A stretch of 64,000 nt of DNA from positions 1-64,000 of the forward strand of contig KZ538048.1 of the NCBI GenBank assembly GCA_000934665.2. The letters run 5' to 3'. Below the pieces are notes generated by a model. The model was not told the DNA's origin. It saw only the letters and a list, made by a program, of their open reading frames with translations, and ran no database searches. Shown in pieces: positions 39,101 to 53,874 of the stretch. Every line of letters starts with the position of its first letter. Position 1 is the stretch's first letter. The position numbers and the translations under genes are program-made. Source of the stretch: Catajapyx aquilonaris (lineage: Eukaryota).

Positions 39101-40886
39101 TACGCAAAAATGAGATAAGGGAAGCCGATATGGCGCGGACAGAGGGTGCAGCCTCCTTCAGAAATCTCTAGTTGGCCCACTTCCAGGAGAACAGGAAAAG
39201 GCGGAACGGGAGAAACCAGAGAAAACTTTGATGGATTCTGCGGGCTGGCCAAGAAGAAAGGCAATAACCCTCTCTTTTCTTCTTCCCCAAAAAAAATATA
39301 AATTTGAACTGTACAACCCCATTTTCTTCATACTGAACTTATGTCAATCAGAGTGTAGAAGTGCCAAAAAGTGGGGTTGATCCGATTGCAATGCCACGTG
39401 TAATCTACCGAGTTGAAAATCATGCTCCCGGACTTTAAATTTACGCTTTTCATCAATATGACGAGCACGTTTGGGTAGGAGGGGATGGAGAGGGCAGTCC
39501 GGATGCCTTCATCAAGGGCGCTCCGAGGGTCTCAGAAGAGCGCACACAGGTGGGCGAAAGGAGCGGCCCCTACCACTTTATACGGGCTCCGGAAGAATAA
39601 CCCTGAACCTCTTGTCAATCTCTCTTGCAGCTGGTACTTCTATAGGGATATTGGCCGATTCACCACACCATTTACATGCATATTTTCAGGTAGTGCCGAG
39701 CGAATGGGATGCGTAGTATGTAAAGTAATATTCGACCCACGCAGCTCCAATAAAGGCAATGGAAATAATATTTATACTCAGATGTTATGTAACGGACCAC
39801 TTGCTGGCGGGAAATGGGCATAGTTATTGAAGTATGGGGTTGGAGAGTAATGAGATTATGAAACATTAAAGTTATACCAGGCGGACCATATTTTTTCAAT
39901 AATTTTAATAGAGGCGGTGTTGAGTCAAAAACGCAAAGCGGATAACAATATTGATCTGATTATACATGCATATACCAAATGAAACTCGCCAGACTAATGC
40001 AGGGAAAACACATTTAAGCATTTTGTTATGCAGTATATACGCTGCTTGTACAGTATAGCTAATTTTTTTTACTCTTTTTCCTTCCCTTTCTACAGAGAGC
40101 CCCCTCTGCGCCATTTTCTACTCTTGAAAAGTGCAAAAAAGTGCATTACCCTAATGAAAAGTGTGAACCCATTTAGGCATTCAGACTATATCTGTCGCAA
40201 TGTAGGACATGGCAAGAAAATTGAAATGGCGTTGACTGAGTCGTGAATTAATCTTATCTGGAAAAGTCTTGTGCTCCACCAGCACAGACTCCTTGATCTT
40301 GTTTGAAAAGGAAATGGGGCTTTCATCAGTAGAAGCAAAGCTGCTGTTTGCAACGCCCTGGGGTCAATCAAGACCTGCGGGAGAGACACCAGATCCTTAC
40401 CTGGGTTTTTTTCCAGCATTTTTGTTACAGTGTTTAGAGTGACGATCCATCACTACACCGTCGGGGCGACAACTGGCAAGAATTTCGAGCACGAACTATA
40501 CAAAACGCGTCAAGAGAGCTCCCGTTTGAAGGGGGAGAAAAAAGGAACCCTGCAAACATTATTTTTGGGCAGTGCAGCGTCGCGACGTAGGGCGCCAGCA
40601 TAAATAGTCCCCGCCATGTCTATGGGATCGGTTGAGCATGAGACAGTTTAGTGAAAAGTTGTCACGGGATATGGCAAGGACCTCGCACGAGGGCAGGTCG
40701 TCCCCGAGTGGAACTTCGCATGTCCTTGCCGATACCTCACGCAATCGTAAAATGGATGGGCCACACGTCAATTGCACCTCTTTTCAGTATTCAAAAAACT
40801 GTTTGGCCTCACCTTTGTGATATCGCCCTCACTAGAGGGCGGCATCTTCTGGGTGTGGACCTACAGTCATTAATTCCGTCATACTA

Positions 40887-41111
40887 CTAGCGACAATTTC
40901 CGGTGCGGCAGACGTGCAAATGGAAGTGATAGAGTGCGAGCCGTCCGAGTAAGAAATGGTAGCCCTTGGGTGACGTCACTGGCTCGGAACAAGCCTGTTC
41001 TCCATTTCCCCCCAGCCGGTGACGTCACTCAAGGCCTACCTCTTCTTACTCGGACGGCTCGCACTCTATCACTTCGATTTGCACTTCTGCCGCATCAGAA
41101 AATGTCGCAAG
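40887..41111. mobile_element. Palindromic MITE-like element (about 225 bp)
   Basis: Inverted arms of about 98 bp sharing GAAGTGATAGAGTGCGAGCCGTCCGAGTAAGAA; no clear TSD. Confidence 0.82.
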
Positions 41112-44100
41112 CACACGATTAATGTCCAACACTGTACTAGGGGAGAGAGTCGTGAAACGGCCTGGAAGCGGGCCGGTCTAATAAATGGGTTGTTCCTAAC
41201 CTTTGTACTATTGGACCACGACCCTGAGTGACCTGAGGTCAACCGTCGCACCTCTCACATGCTGAAGAAGTTTGATATGCAGCATAGTTGCGGTACAGCT
41301 AACGTAGCTTCTGGACACACAAAAAAGTCGGGTGCGACTGACACTTGGAATGCCCGAATAATGAGAGTTTGTTCCAACCCCGTAATTAAAGTTTGTCCAA
41401 TCAGTATGCTGGGAGGGGCCCGGTGGATTTTCAACGACAAAGACAACCTGTCGTTCAATATTAATTTCGAAAGAGTAGGCTAGCGTGTATGGTTGTTCAT
41501 CCAGCCCTGTCTATCTGTTGAAGCTGTTGACTGCGCCACGACTCCTGTTAATTACTCCGCATGTCGCGTGAGAGATTGATAAGGAGTCTAATTTTTGTGC
41601 AACTCTTTACTTGATGTGTTTACAAGTATACAGGCGCGTACTAACATTTTTAACAAATATTTATGCCAAACTAAGCCATATCTCTAGTAATTAATCAGAA
41701 TTCGGCGCAAATTCACCCTAGGGGAATGCGCTGAACGATAATTTTCCAGCAACTGCAAAAGTCCTATAACCGAGCCCAGTGTCAAGGTAGAGAGCTAATC
41801 GGCACGGAGTTCTAAAAAACCACCTAAAAAAGTTTCTGCTCGAGCTCATTCAGCCCTCCCCATTTTCATTACTGGCCGGTGCCTACCGGGCATGTAGCCG
41901 GACCTTTCTCAAACTGGGAGACTCTAGAAATAGACGGATATTAGTCGAGACGTTGGCACCGCCAGGACCGCACCCTCCCCAAAACGAAAGCCAGCGCCAG
42001 AAAATGTTGTGGTCACTGTCCGCCTTTTTACTTCCAAAATGAACGAGGGAAACGGACGGCATGTTGCAGGCCAACGTCACCCAAAGTTGAGCTAACAAAA
42101 GGGGAACTGATGCTCTCCGGCCGCGCCTTTAGAATCTTTTGCTATCGGCGAGAGAGGAGGGGGGGGACTAACACTCATTAGCACAAAATGTCACGTTTTC
42201 ATTAGCACCACCCTCTGGATGACCCCGGCAGACAGTCGGCACACCAGCAGACTCCTCCTCCTGTATAATTGCAAGTGAAGCCATTACTTGAAAGCAAACA
42301 GTTTCCGTCCCACGTTTGTTCCCGGCGGCCCTGCAGTTAAGTGCCGTATCCGTTGCTATATCCCATCTGGTACTAGGCTCTATTCATTATTTATCATGTA
42401 ACCTGGATTCAAAATGGTGCTCTCTAATACTATTCAACCCTAGAAGAAGTGGGCTGCTGGCATTCCGCTCCTAATAAGGAAAATACCCAGGTCGCGAAAT
42501 GTGATATACGATGCTGGAAGTAGGAGCATCTCAATTCATGCTTATTTCATGAATGTTCCAAGATTGAGTCGAATTTGCTTTGTGTTACGTACTACAAATT
42601 GCGGACAGCCATTTTTTGTACCGGTACATCAAATGTTTAACTGCCTAGTGCATTCAAGGAATACATTTTCAAAGAGCTTTTGTTGCTGTCCTATAAATCA
42701 GGTTTAAAATTCGATCTGGTCGCAACAGTTGAGCGAAGCACTTTGCTCTGGTAGTCATGACATCGGCAGTCAAGTGCGTCACGCACTCTCAAAGGACCTG
42801 CGCTACTTTTAAGGTCGTTTTTTTTGTTACCTTTAGTATCCTGAAAAGTTACGAGCGTGTTTGGAATTTATATTTTTTTTGTCTGTTTCTTCGTTCTTCT
42901 TCTCAAAACGTGTGAAAGTGGTCCGTGCAGTTGGTGAACCTGAAGTTTTCTGAGCTGGCACGAGAGTCTGACTCTATTCTTAGTGTCAACTTCTTGGATG
43001 CTGCGGGGGCCAGCAGCTTTCCTCATCCCAACTCGCATCCTTTTTACCACCACGAGGGAATGCAATAGGGAACGGGGCCAAATAAAGGTGCCACAGCCCC
43101 TTCTTCCTTCCTTCTGTTGCATGGGATGGAACCAGAGGAAGAAGGAGGCGGGCCAGAAAATGTAAAGGACGCATGTTGTCCAGAGGATGCCCCCAATATA
43201 TCCTCAGAAGGAAGGCGGGGATTTGGGATTTCCCATCACGGTTCAGATTGAAAAGCAACAAGATCCCGCCCTACTTACCGCTCAAGCCGTAAATCAGGGG
43301 AAACAAATTCCACCAGTTCCGGGCGCAATCCGGAAGCGTTTGTTTGTATCCCTCAAAGGAGGAATAAAGTAGCATATTGCATAGTGTTACCCCCCAAGGT
43401 TGCGTTGCTTTCATGCCGCAACCTTGTTCTATTGTTCGGTTTTTGCTATGTCACACAATCCGCTTCTAAAAAAAAAATAGAGGAATCAGCATAATAGTAC
43501 AACCTGCTGAGCCGGATTATTTGTACACCATAAAAAGACTCAGCATGCTGTCGCGCCCATGTAGCCCATTAGCTGTATCCATACGTCCATATAAATATTT
43601 CTATTGTTATTACCAGCATCGCAATCGGCGGAACAGGCGCATCGCATTATTATTAATGAAGGAGTCTGCAGAGTCTATAGAGGCAAATCCTAGTCAACTT
43701 GTTTTCGTCGATACCACACGACAATCAATATTTGACGAAACCGGCCATTAATTATTCACAATTTTCCGTGAGTAGTCTTCCCTGATGTGCATACGGTATT
43801 CTCTTTCATCAAATATTGATCAAGGCGTTAATTCGTGACTCTATATATATGATAGGGAAAAGGCCCCGGCAGCTATGCCGTCTGACAATCATGCCGACTC
43901 GTTTAGTGCGCTTTTTGGACCCCAATGCCTGTGGACACTGAACAGCAGTCCAAATGGCCATCATTCTGCCCCCAACTTTTGCTTGCGTGAAGCACGTTGT
44001 TGTGGAAGCCCCAAACTTTTACCTGCTAATTACAACGAGAGGGTTATTCACTCAGAGTAGTCCGGTCTACATGCTGTCCGGGAGTACTCCGAACAGGGAC

Positions 44101-47100
44101 ATAGCTCTTAACCATCTCACTCTGAAAGAAGTGTCAATTAAAGACTAATGGTTATTCCGATGCGAGGAAAACTCATAATATATACCTACTTGTAATAAAT
44201 GGAAGGAACGGTATTATGCAACTGATACGACCTTGATGAAAACGGGCTTGCAACTAAGACTGGGGTTTCATACTGCTAATTTGCTGCGCAGCACCCACGT
44301 ATGGGGGTATCAGATATTCTTATTATCTTCAAACACTATACTGAACTGGATGTGCTGACCCGAGACTGTCATAAAAGCATAAATTCAGCAGTAAATTCGC
44401 ATAATTTACTAATGCATTCTGCACTACGTAATTACAATATCCGCATAAAATGAATTATGATTATCACACTCTGAGGCCCAGTTGCACACTGAGCGTAGAG
44501 CATGAGTATGAGATTTATCTTTGCTAGTGTTATGTTCATTGCCAATAATAATTAATAATTCGTTGCTAATTCATGGCAGCTTTAGCACTAATGCTCATTT
44601 ACATACATACACCACGACATCTCTCTATAAAGGGTAGTCAGCGATAAATAAGGAAACGCAAATGAATCCCAATTATGAGCTACAAAATTACACACATTCG
44701 ATACAATCAAACACGGTATAAATCATCAAAACAGCTCGGAATACCCGGAATAATAAAAATCTGAATATGCTCACGTGACTCTCTTGAGACACACTCGACC
44801 TGACCCAAGTCCTACTTTGTACCTGCTTATATGCTTTTGTAGCCGCTATATACGATTCGCCAATTATTCGAATTTCCATGATCACCATTGCATAGAAAAC
44901 CACTAGTTCATCCTGACGTCCTAATTTACTAGTCAATTCAACCCAAGCAATCTCATCACGAGAAAAGGGCACTTAGATATTGACCTGATTAGAAGCTTCT
45001 GCTAAATCGCATCCCCCAATTAATTTAAGTGCTCAAATTTATAGCCATTTCAATGCCACCCATCTAAACCACAGTAAGGTCCTATATATTTCAATATATG
45101 GTTTAACAGTCTGTTCAAAACTGGCATAGTCAGGTAGTCCGAGAGTAGTCCTGGGTAATCCGGGTAGTCCTCATCCACTCAAAAAATTAGAGCGAATAAC
45201 CCCCTAGAATAACACCAGCAATAGCGACCGGAAGGAAGCCCGTAAAAAGCTTCAATTCAGACCCCCGAAATAACCGGCATTAAAACTAATAGTCTACAGC
45301 TGGTGGTCAGGCTACATTGGCCACTCCTGGCCGAAATTTGACCCCTTACAACAGCACACACCTCCTTCCTCCTCCTTCCACAGACCAGCTGCCGACACGT
45401 CTCTATTCTCCCAGGAAGGATGAACTCTTTACCGCCTGCTTCTTGTCGAAGATTCGAATGCATTCCGGACTCGGCTCCCACGATGGTGTATATCTATCTA
45501 TCCATGGGCTGCGACAAGAAGAGTGTTCGGGTCTCCCTAGTCGTCACCGGAAGATGGGTGTCGGGGATTTTTTTTTTTTCTTCTTCCTTTTCTTCGACAA
45601 GCGGAAGTGCTAGGAGGGGGAAGTTGGCTAAAGAAACTCGTTCCGCTGGCAAACCTTTTGCTAGAAATAGAAAATGTGTGGCACCGGGTCCGCTTTCCCG
45701 CTCGTCCGCCGCAAATTATGGTACTTTGAGCCTGTTGAAACATTTGTAAAGCCAGAGAGATTCAAGCTAGTACGGGGTTCCCTTCCCGAATCCTCCATCG
45801 TTACAGTTTACCGACGTTTCTCAGTGAAGTGCAAACAGATTGTCTAGTATCAGGCCTTACCGCGTATACAGGACAAATATGAGAAAATCTTGTGACAACT
45901 GGTGCAAATGCACATTTAATTAGATATGTGCTTGAAGCGTGTGCCGTCTCTTGTGAATACTGGAAACCTGACTGAATCTTTGCTCGAATTCTGATACACG
46001 GTAAAGTCCTTGCGGATTTCACTTGCTGCACAGCCACCGTGTTGCTGTTGAATGTTTCACGTCCTGAGGAAACTGCCGCCTATACTAGTCCTGCTGCCAG
46101 TTGGATTTATTATTAAAAGCCAGCCAGCATTCCGGAGTGGACAATGTACCGCGCGTACTTGGTCATTCCTCCTCTTTTGTTTTTGGTTACGCTGAGGAAC
46201 GCTTGGCAAACCTGAAATGCTGGCAACCAACTGTAGCATTTCCACAGGGAAGGTTGCAAAAAAAAATGTTGACTAGGACTGGAAAGAATCTTGGTATAGC
46301 TGCTAGTGCAACCCTACCCTTTGGTGAAGGACCTCAGGAATTCTTACGAGCTTGAATATATTACAAGGAGGCGAGAACACTGCAACGGTATAATAATATT
46401 AATATTCAAACTAATATTAATATTTATTGTTGTTGTGTAACAATGCGGTAATTGAATGTAAGCGTGGCGTGGCAAATTTGCATAGATAGAGAAATTCTGG
46501 GGAATTTGTGCTGCCCTGTTCTGATTTCCAATGCTTTGTTGGGAGCAAGTGCTAATTCAATATGGGTCTACAATACAGCCGAGCGGTATCTCCAGAAAGC
46601 AGACCGAGGTCTCTCCTCCTCCACTCCTCGAGTTTCATCTTTAGCCTAATTTTGCAAACTTCATTAGATGTCGTGATGGGAGAAGAGCACGTGATGCTCC
46701 AAGTGGGTCAAACACCATTACCTCAACAGCCGGGGACGTCAATAAACAATGTGATGGCGTTTTATGATTGATTAGTAGGAAAGTAGAGTGATGGGCAACC
46801 GATAGTAGTTTCCCTAGGGGAAGTCAAGCCTCTGGTGGAAAGGTCGACGCTTCCATTGTGATGCCTTCATAATATCGCTAGAGCGACCTTTATTGTCCCT
46901 GGCGATATTAGCCGCAACTTTAACCTCCTTTGTCACCATTATAGTTGTTGCGGATGAGTTTTTATGTTGGCGTCGTTCGCCCATCTCTTGAGGAATTAAA
47001 TGACCGAATCCAGGGGACGTGGGGAAAGGGTAAGTTAAAGCCGGAAGGAATCCCAATAATCTGCGCATTATGGCGTGGGCCATCAGACTTGACACTTTAA

Positions 47101-50100
47101 CCCTTCCGTAAATCCCCCAGTTAGATCGCCTACGTCTAACGGCGTTAGTTTAGTAGCCTACGGACTCGGCCTCTGGGGGTTAATATTCCAAACGCAAACA
47201 GCCAGAGAGACGTCAGCAGAATGTTCCACTCGGTGTTCATCACCGCTGACCTTGGGCACGACAGACTTTGTGTGCTCAAATACTGAGGACACACACCATC
47301 CCTCTCGTTTTTTACCAGGGTTCCAAAAGATGCTTCGAGCATCAGCATTCGAGAGACAAACCGTCTGTACTTGTAATCCCCCACTGGCTTTTAGTGGATT
47401 GGCTGGACATTGGCGAGTTTTGTTGCGGAGAGAGCCCGGGAAAAAAAACGGCCAACCCGTGGTGCATGCTAACTCTCGCTTAAACCGGAGCCAAGAGCCA
47501 GAAAACGGCTTGGATTTCTTCTCTCTTTTCTTTACCTCCCGTCCCCACCTAACCCACCAGCTTTCCATCCAATGTAGCGGATTACATGGGAACTCCGTCC
47601 CTTAATTGACTTCACCCTGGATCCTCTTCGCCTGCGAGGGCAAAGTGATATTAAACCGAAAGGCAAGCCGTTCTTCCCGATTAAGCCAGAGGGTCCCGTC
47701 CTTGAACTCCCCTCTATTCCGCCAATAAATCGCCAAATACCTGTACCCTTGCCCTAGAGGTAAATACAAGTGTCATTTCATTCAGTGTGTACAACGAGGG
47801 CAAATTCCAGGGATAGTGACCCAGGGAGAGAGAAAAAAAAAATGAAGGCAAGGCCGAAGAAAGAGGAGCATCAAGGCTCTTTTCGTCATCCACTTTAAGG
47901 CAATGTTCCTTCGGTAAGTCGGCCTCCGACTCGGTCTTATTTTCGTATCTCCTCAACTGGGGCGGCTATTCCTAGCAGCTCCAGGCAACGCGTGGCCTTC
48001 TTTCTTCCCTGAGCCTTCTGTCTCGTTTTCCCAGGAAGAATCAGGAGGGAATTGAAGAGCTTTCGCGGAGACATTTCCCCAGGCAGAAAATCGGTGGAGA
48101 GAAATGGCACCAAAAGGACGGAATAAAATAAACATTGCTGTACCTGCTTCCAGTTGCCTTTTTTTTAGGACGATCAATCATTCACTAGTCCGTATCGACA
48201 GATTGGGGGGGGGGCTTGTTGTTGTTTGTCCTAGTACTTTGGCACCCAGGCTCAAAAGAAGAGACGGAGAAGAAAATCGGCAGGTTAGAGATTTGCTTCA
48301 TTAGCTGGAAGTAGTTTCGAAAGGTCTTTTCTACTTTGCTCTAGAGATTACGCGCTTCATTGGCCCTGCTGAGGAGGAGGTCCGTCTATTGGCTCGCGGC
48401 TATAAATCACATCCACGTCCTCAACCTCCGGACTCTAATGTTATGTAATGATCCTCCTGTTCAGCCTCTAACCCTGTCACACGTTATGAGCACATCCGTC
48501 CATCGGTTGAGCGACGTCATTTTTTTTTTTTGGTTCCGGGTTTAGGTACTCGTACAGTACTGACAAAATATGAAATCCAGGTGGATTTCTCCTGGAAAGT
48601 TGAACCAGGATCGCATTGATCGTCCCAAAGCCTATTTTCCCCAACCTCTAAAAAAAAGTATGGGGACGATGCAAATGACTGAATGGCCATTCACGTTCTG
48701 TGGCAGTCTCCATGGTAACCAAAATCGTCCGAGATGTTAACATACCCCCCAGACTCAACCCCTCGAATTCTTCCATTCCTAAAAAGCTTATGCCGGAAGC
48801 TTCCAGGCATAAAACACCACCTACTATATGCCTTTTTTTTGACGGAAATGTAGAACCGAAATAAAGCACATTGATTCCAGCCCATCACAAGTGCGCGCTC
48901 TGGCAGCGCTGTGTCATAATCGCAGTGTGACATCCCACCAGGAGTAAAGTTGTAGGCATACCCAGAGGCATATAATTTTTGCGGCCGGGACCGGTTGACA
49001 GGAAACACATGGAGCATGAAACAAGCAGTCCGGTGGCGCAGTGCGGCTGACACCATGCAGTCTACTCTCCACTGGTCCTCTTCTTTTTCTATCTATCCTC
49101 CGACTGGGGCACTGGGCCATTTGGGATAGGAGCCTAGAGCGAGTACGCCACGGCCTTTTGCTTCCTTATTGAATGTCAGCCAGGGCAGGTCCTTCCACTT
49201 CTCACGCCTCCATTTTCCCAAACTACCCCAAATCCACTCATTGCTGGCCCTGTTCAATTTGCCTAAATGGGCTCTAACTTGTGGCCCCCCCTCCTCCGGG
49301 CGCTGACTGATAAAATCATATTTTTCTTCCTTCCTTCCTTCTTGAAGGAGTTGGAAGTGCTGCACTTGTTAAGGTTGTCTTAGTTGTGGATTAATGGTGG
49401 ATGCCTCCAGATGCTACCCTCTACGAATAGTACGCGATTGTATTTGCGTTGCAGAGACGTTGATATCAGTCTCTCCACCTGTTTCTTACTGACATTCCGG
49501 TCTGGATATCTTTGCCGCATTTAGAAGCCGTTTGTATGCTGCTGCGCTTCTCAGCCAGAGTCGCATTCGGCTCTTAAACACAGCCGGTTATAGCATGCGA
49601 AATGAAACTATATGCTTATCATCTGTATCTCAAATTCCAGACTCGAAGTTCATATGAACAAGCATCGCCTCTGATTTTTAAAATATGTAGCAGTTGGTAG
49701 ATTTTTTTTTTATTTTAAAAATACAGCATTTGGGATATACTCTGCACAGTTTTTTTTCTCTCTAAATGAAGGATTTGGGGGGTACACTACTTATAGGTTC
49801 AGGCTTGAACGGTCTTTCAGGGAAAATCCTATTACAATTTTTCAAACGTCCGATTGGTTTGCGTGCGAGGTGCAATTGCCCGGATTACACTGTCCAATAA
49901 AATGTCTTCTCGGCGGGACTGGTTCTAGTAGGTGATAACCAGATTCCGATATCCTCTTCTGGTTTTATCAGATGTCGACTACTTCTCCAGTGAAAGCAGC
50001 CTACACCCTGTACTTCTCCAAAGAAAAGACGCTGCAGCGCGCGAGAGGGGGCGATAATTGGAAGTGAAAGGAGCTAATTACGTCTGGTATATATAGCGTG

Positions 50101-53100
50101 GCACGTAATTTTCAACTTGAATATTCACGACCTGGGAGTATACGTTACAGGTACCGGGTAAAGGATCGAGCTAGATCCGAGATGATATGAAGGATATCCG
50201 CTTTATTTTTTAACACACAAAAAAAATTGGTAGATAGAACATTTCCGCCAAGCCCTAATCAGCTTTCGGCATGTATAACTGATAACGCTTATCTAAAGGG
50301 TCGAGGCATCGGAACCGATCAAAAAGCATTGGACGATGATCTTTCGACCGACAAGTTGCACCCTTCCCCTGTACATTTTGGCCCTTCAATATCAATATAC
50401 ATCGATTAACTATGGCCAGCCTGCCGTATCGTTGGCGCTTTTATCTGGCAGTATACAATATATTTCCCCTATCCTACTTCCTTAGGGGAGTGCTAGGGGA
50501 CCCCCCACTGTATCCCCCGCCTTTCATTCATCACGCCAAAGTATAAGGCCTGCGCCTACTTGTTTACTTGCCGGACCAGCAAAGATAGATCTCTTCCCAA
50601 AGAGTGAGTCGTCACCAATGACGACACCACACACCGTTGCCAAATTTTTCAACGAAGCAGCTAGAAGTGATTCACTAAATCTTCTACCGGTCTAAATTGG
50701 ATGTCCAATATCATTTAGGGCGATTCAGTATTATTGCGGATGGTAGAATCGTCACTAGCAGTTTAGCAGAAAGTGTATTACGCTGCAGCGTTTCATTACT
50801 GAGGGGAAGTGCGTTTGCATTTTTTTTTTGGTGGTGTCTGGCCATAATGAAACAGCTCTGGCCGTAAAGCTCACACAATATCATTTGGCAAAACAGTGAC
50901 AAAAGACAGGGTCCTCTGTAAACGACACGCGCGACCTTACCATAGCCAAAAGAGTGTATTTTTAATACAGCCGAGCTGTGCACAAATTTATGAATGCTAT
51001 TTTTGCGAAAGGACTTCTCGGCAGCCAAGGCAAGCGACTTCCGTTCTGCACCTTTTTTTTTCTCTCGCCTCTGACACAATCTCCGGAGTGGCATTCTAGG
51101 GTAAAAAAAAAAAAAAACGATATCACAAATAGATTGTATGCTCGGTAAGTGTACAGTTAGAATCCCATCCCCGCATCCATCGCTCGAGAGCCACAAAGTG
51201 GAGGATCCCCGAGAGTGTATGAGCTCCCCGACACTTTTCCCCAGACATGTTTTGATTTGGTTAGAAATGATGGATTTGAAGGGGTGGGCCAGAAAGTATA
51301 TGGAGTTCGATATACAGTCTGGTGGTATCACTTGGGGGGTGATGCAGTACCATCCTCCCAATCTCGCCAATTGTATCTCACCATACAAATGGTTGGGAGG
51401 GCTTAATGAAACCGCCAGAAGATCACCTTGGGGCGTGGACGGATCGATGTCCTAATAGTTGTGGAACTGTGTCGTATCATCAACATGTTGACAGGCAGAG
51501 TGAGACTCGGCTCATTAGCAGCCGCACTTTGAGAGGTCATGCCTGAAGTCAGGAGATAAGGAGGCTTTTCCATGGAGCTAGGTTTCTAGGAGCATGGTTG
51601 GTGTACCTCAGAGGCCATTGTGGAAACCCGGCACCAAACACCGCTTATCTTCCTTCCAAGCAAACCGTTTTCAAGTGTGCTGTCTGCTTCACTACAGCTA
51701 GATGTGTACCGAATGGAGGGTTTTTTTCTGGTCAAAATTTGGACGGGCGTTGATGAGATGTGAGTTGATGAAACGTAATTGCGGCCCTCGATGATGGAAC
51801 GAACGCCTATCCCATCACTCATCCGTTGAGCATCAATAATAGATCCTGGGTGCTCTCATGTTCCACCAAAGTGCTTATGGGAGGATACACACCCGCAACC
51901 CCCGCTACTAAACGCTTTCAAATATTCTGGGGCAACCCTGGCTCTCTCTCTCTCTCTAAAAAAAAATGGCAATGTGCACTCTTTTTTACTCGTTTATGCT
52001 TGGCTGGCTAAAACGCCATCCAAGCCCGAAGCAGTCAACTTTATTGACATATATGTAACTTGTTCAGTGTTTTCAATAACTATAGTAAGGTAACAAGAAA
52101 ACAACCCTTGGGTTGTTTTAAGCCCCTTGTACAGCTTCAGCCCCCCCAACAGTTTGTGTAACATTATGCACACATTTATTAATCATTCTTGCTGCCGGGA
52201 CAATCCATTTAAAACTTTACGCAAACAACAGCTTGTTTGCACGTAGCGGTCTCATTCTTTGTGCAAAGTTTGAAATGGATTGCGCCAAGTCAGGGATCCG
52301 GAGTAGAAAACTGCGCCAAAGCAACAGTCACATGTCGATGTCATGCATGAAGCCCCACCGTTAAGTATACGCAGTTTGAAGCCCTATTTGCATATTTGTG
52401 AGCTTCCATCATGTAATCCACTCGATCTCCCAGCACGGGTAATCCTAATGGCCCTATTTATCCGGGGGTCAAAACCTGCATTTTTGTCGCTCTTCCACCA
52501 CTTGACTTTTCCCAGACCGTGTCCAAAATACGAGAAAAAGATACGATTGACACTGTCACCCAACAAAAGTCCCAAACAACAAAAGTGTGAGAAACCAGCC
52601 AAAAAATTTTTGCAGTGTCGACTCTAGTGGTTCCGTATTATTGACCGACGTTGAAGCAGCTGACGTTTGCAACATGCGGTGCTATTCACCTCTCAAAACA
52701 CCTAATGCATTCCGCTTCCTTGGCTCCAGCTTATAGGAAGGGGTTGGCACACAGCAAGCCTGCAGATGAGGCCCAACCCATGGAAAAAAAGATGAAGCCT
52801 CCATGAAAGAATAAGCCATTCTCAGAAAAACATCGTATAAGGACAGGACAAGCCCAGCTTGGATACACAAATCGCAATCAAGTACGGCGGGCTTGACGCG
52901 ACGCCGCCGACGTTGACGAGCGTGTTTAGTTGGTGAGATGGACGTGCGGACAGGCAGGCCCCAAACCAGCGATATTATGAATGAAAAAGAGATTTTAAAT
53001 CTTTCCTCGCTGACAGCGTAACCCTTGAAAATGTTGGGCTCCGGCTGACCCGCATTCCACATTTGTCATGTCCCAATATACGATTTCATGAGCCTCCAAG

Positions 53101-53419
53101 TCGTTTCTCTCAGACCTGCAGCCTGTCAAGCTTGCCGTCAATGTTTACTCTGTGCGGGCCTTTCAGGGAGCAAGTTTCACGCCGAAGACTTCCATTTGTT
53201 GGCCCCCTTGTGTACCTAGTTTTTTTTCCCCCTCCCTTCCCATTCCAAGCTTACATTTACGTACCTTCAAAGGTTGTTACCTGCTGAAAACGCCGATATT
53301 GGGAGAAAAATCAACTATGTGCGAATATTCTTCCGAATCTTATTGGCTGCTTGTTCGCACCTGCGCAGTACGATTGTAGACATTTTGGAAAATTATAAAA
53401 GTATATAGGTTGCCAACAA

Positions 53420-53874
53420 CACTGTAAAACAGCAATACATTAAAAGAGCATCACTGGTGGAGCATCAATTTTTAATGCTCTTAATGTTTTTGTTGCTTTT
53501 AGCAACAAAAAGCATTACAAGTGCAACATCAATGCATTAAGGTGTGTTTACATGTGAGCGATTTGACGAGCGAAATCTTCGCCGAGGCTGAAATTAACAA
53601 TCGATTTTCGCCTCAAACAATATTGGTTACTTGGGTTACTCAGCCTCGGCGAAGACTTCGCTCGTGAAATCGCCCACATGTAAACGCACCTTTAAAAGAG
53701 CATCACTACTGAGCCTCTCATCAATAACATCAATAACGCTCTTGTGATGCTCTTGTAATGTTTTTGATGCCTTTTAGCAACAAAAACACTAAAAGAGCAT
53801 TAAAAATGGGTTTTCTATGGGGATACACTTTTGATGCTGTTTTAATGCTTTGTAGCGATTTGCGGTTTACAGTG
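53420..53874. mobile_element. CACTG-terminated (CACTA/EnSpm-like) non-autonomous element
   Basis: CACTGTAAA ... TTTACAGTG termini; repeated subterminal unit CATTAAAAGAGCATCA in both orientations. Confidence 0.72.
53540..53691. mobile_element. PIF/Harbinger-type MITE nested in the CACTG element
   Basis: TTA|AGGTGTGTTTACATGTG ... CACATGTAAACGCACCT|TTA; arms about 55 bp; 3-bp TTA TSD. Confidence 0.88.

Noticed and set aside
47145..47240. MNTEWNILLTSLWLFAFGIL as candidate signal exon of the IgSF gene
   Set aside because: No convincing phase-1 splice donor follows.
50711..51388. 225-aa ORF
   Set aside because: Non-protein-like composition, no domain motif.
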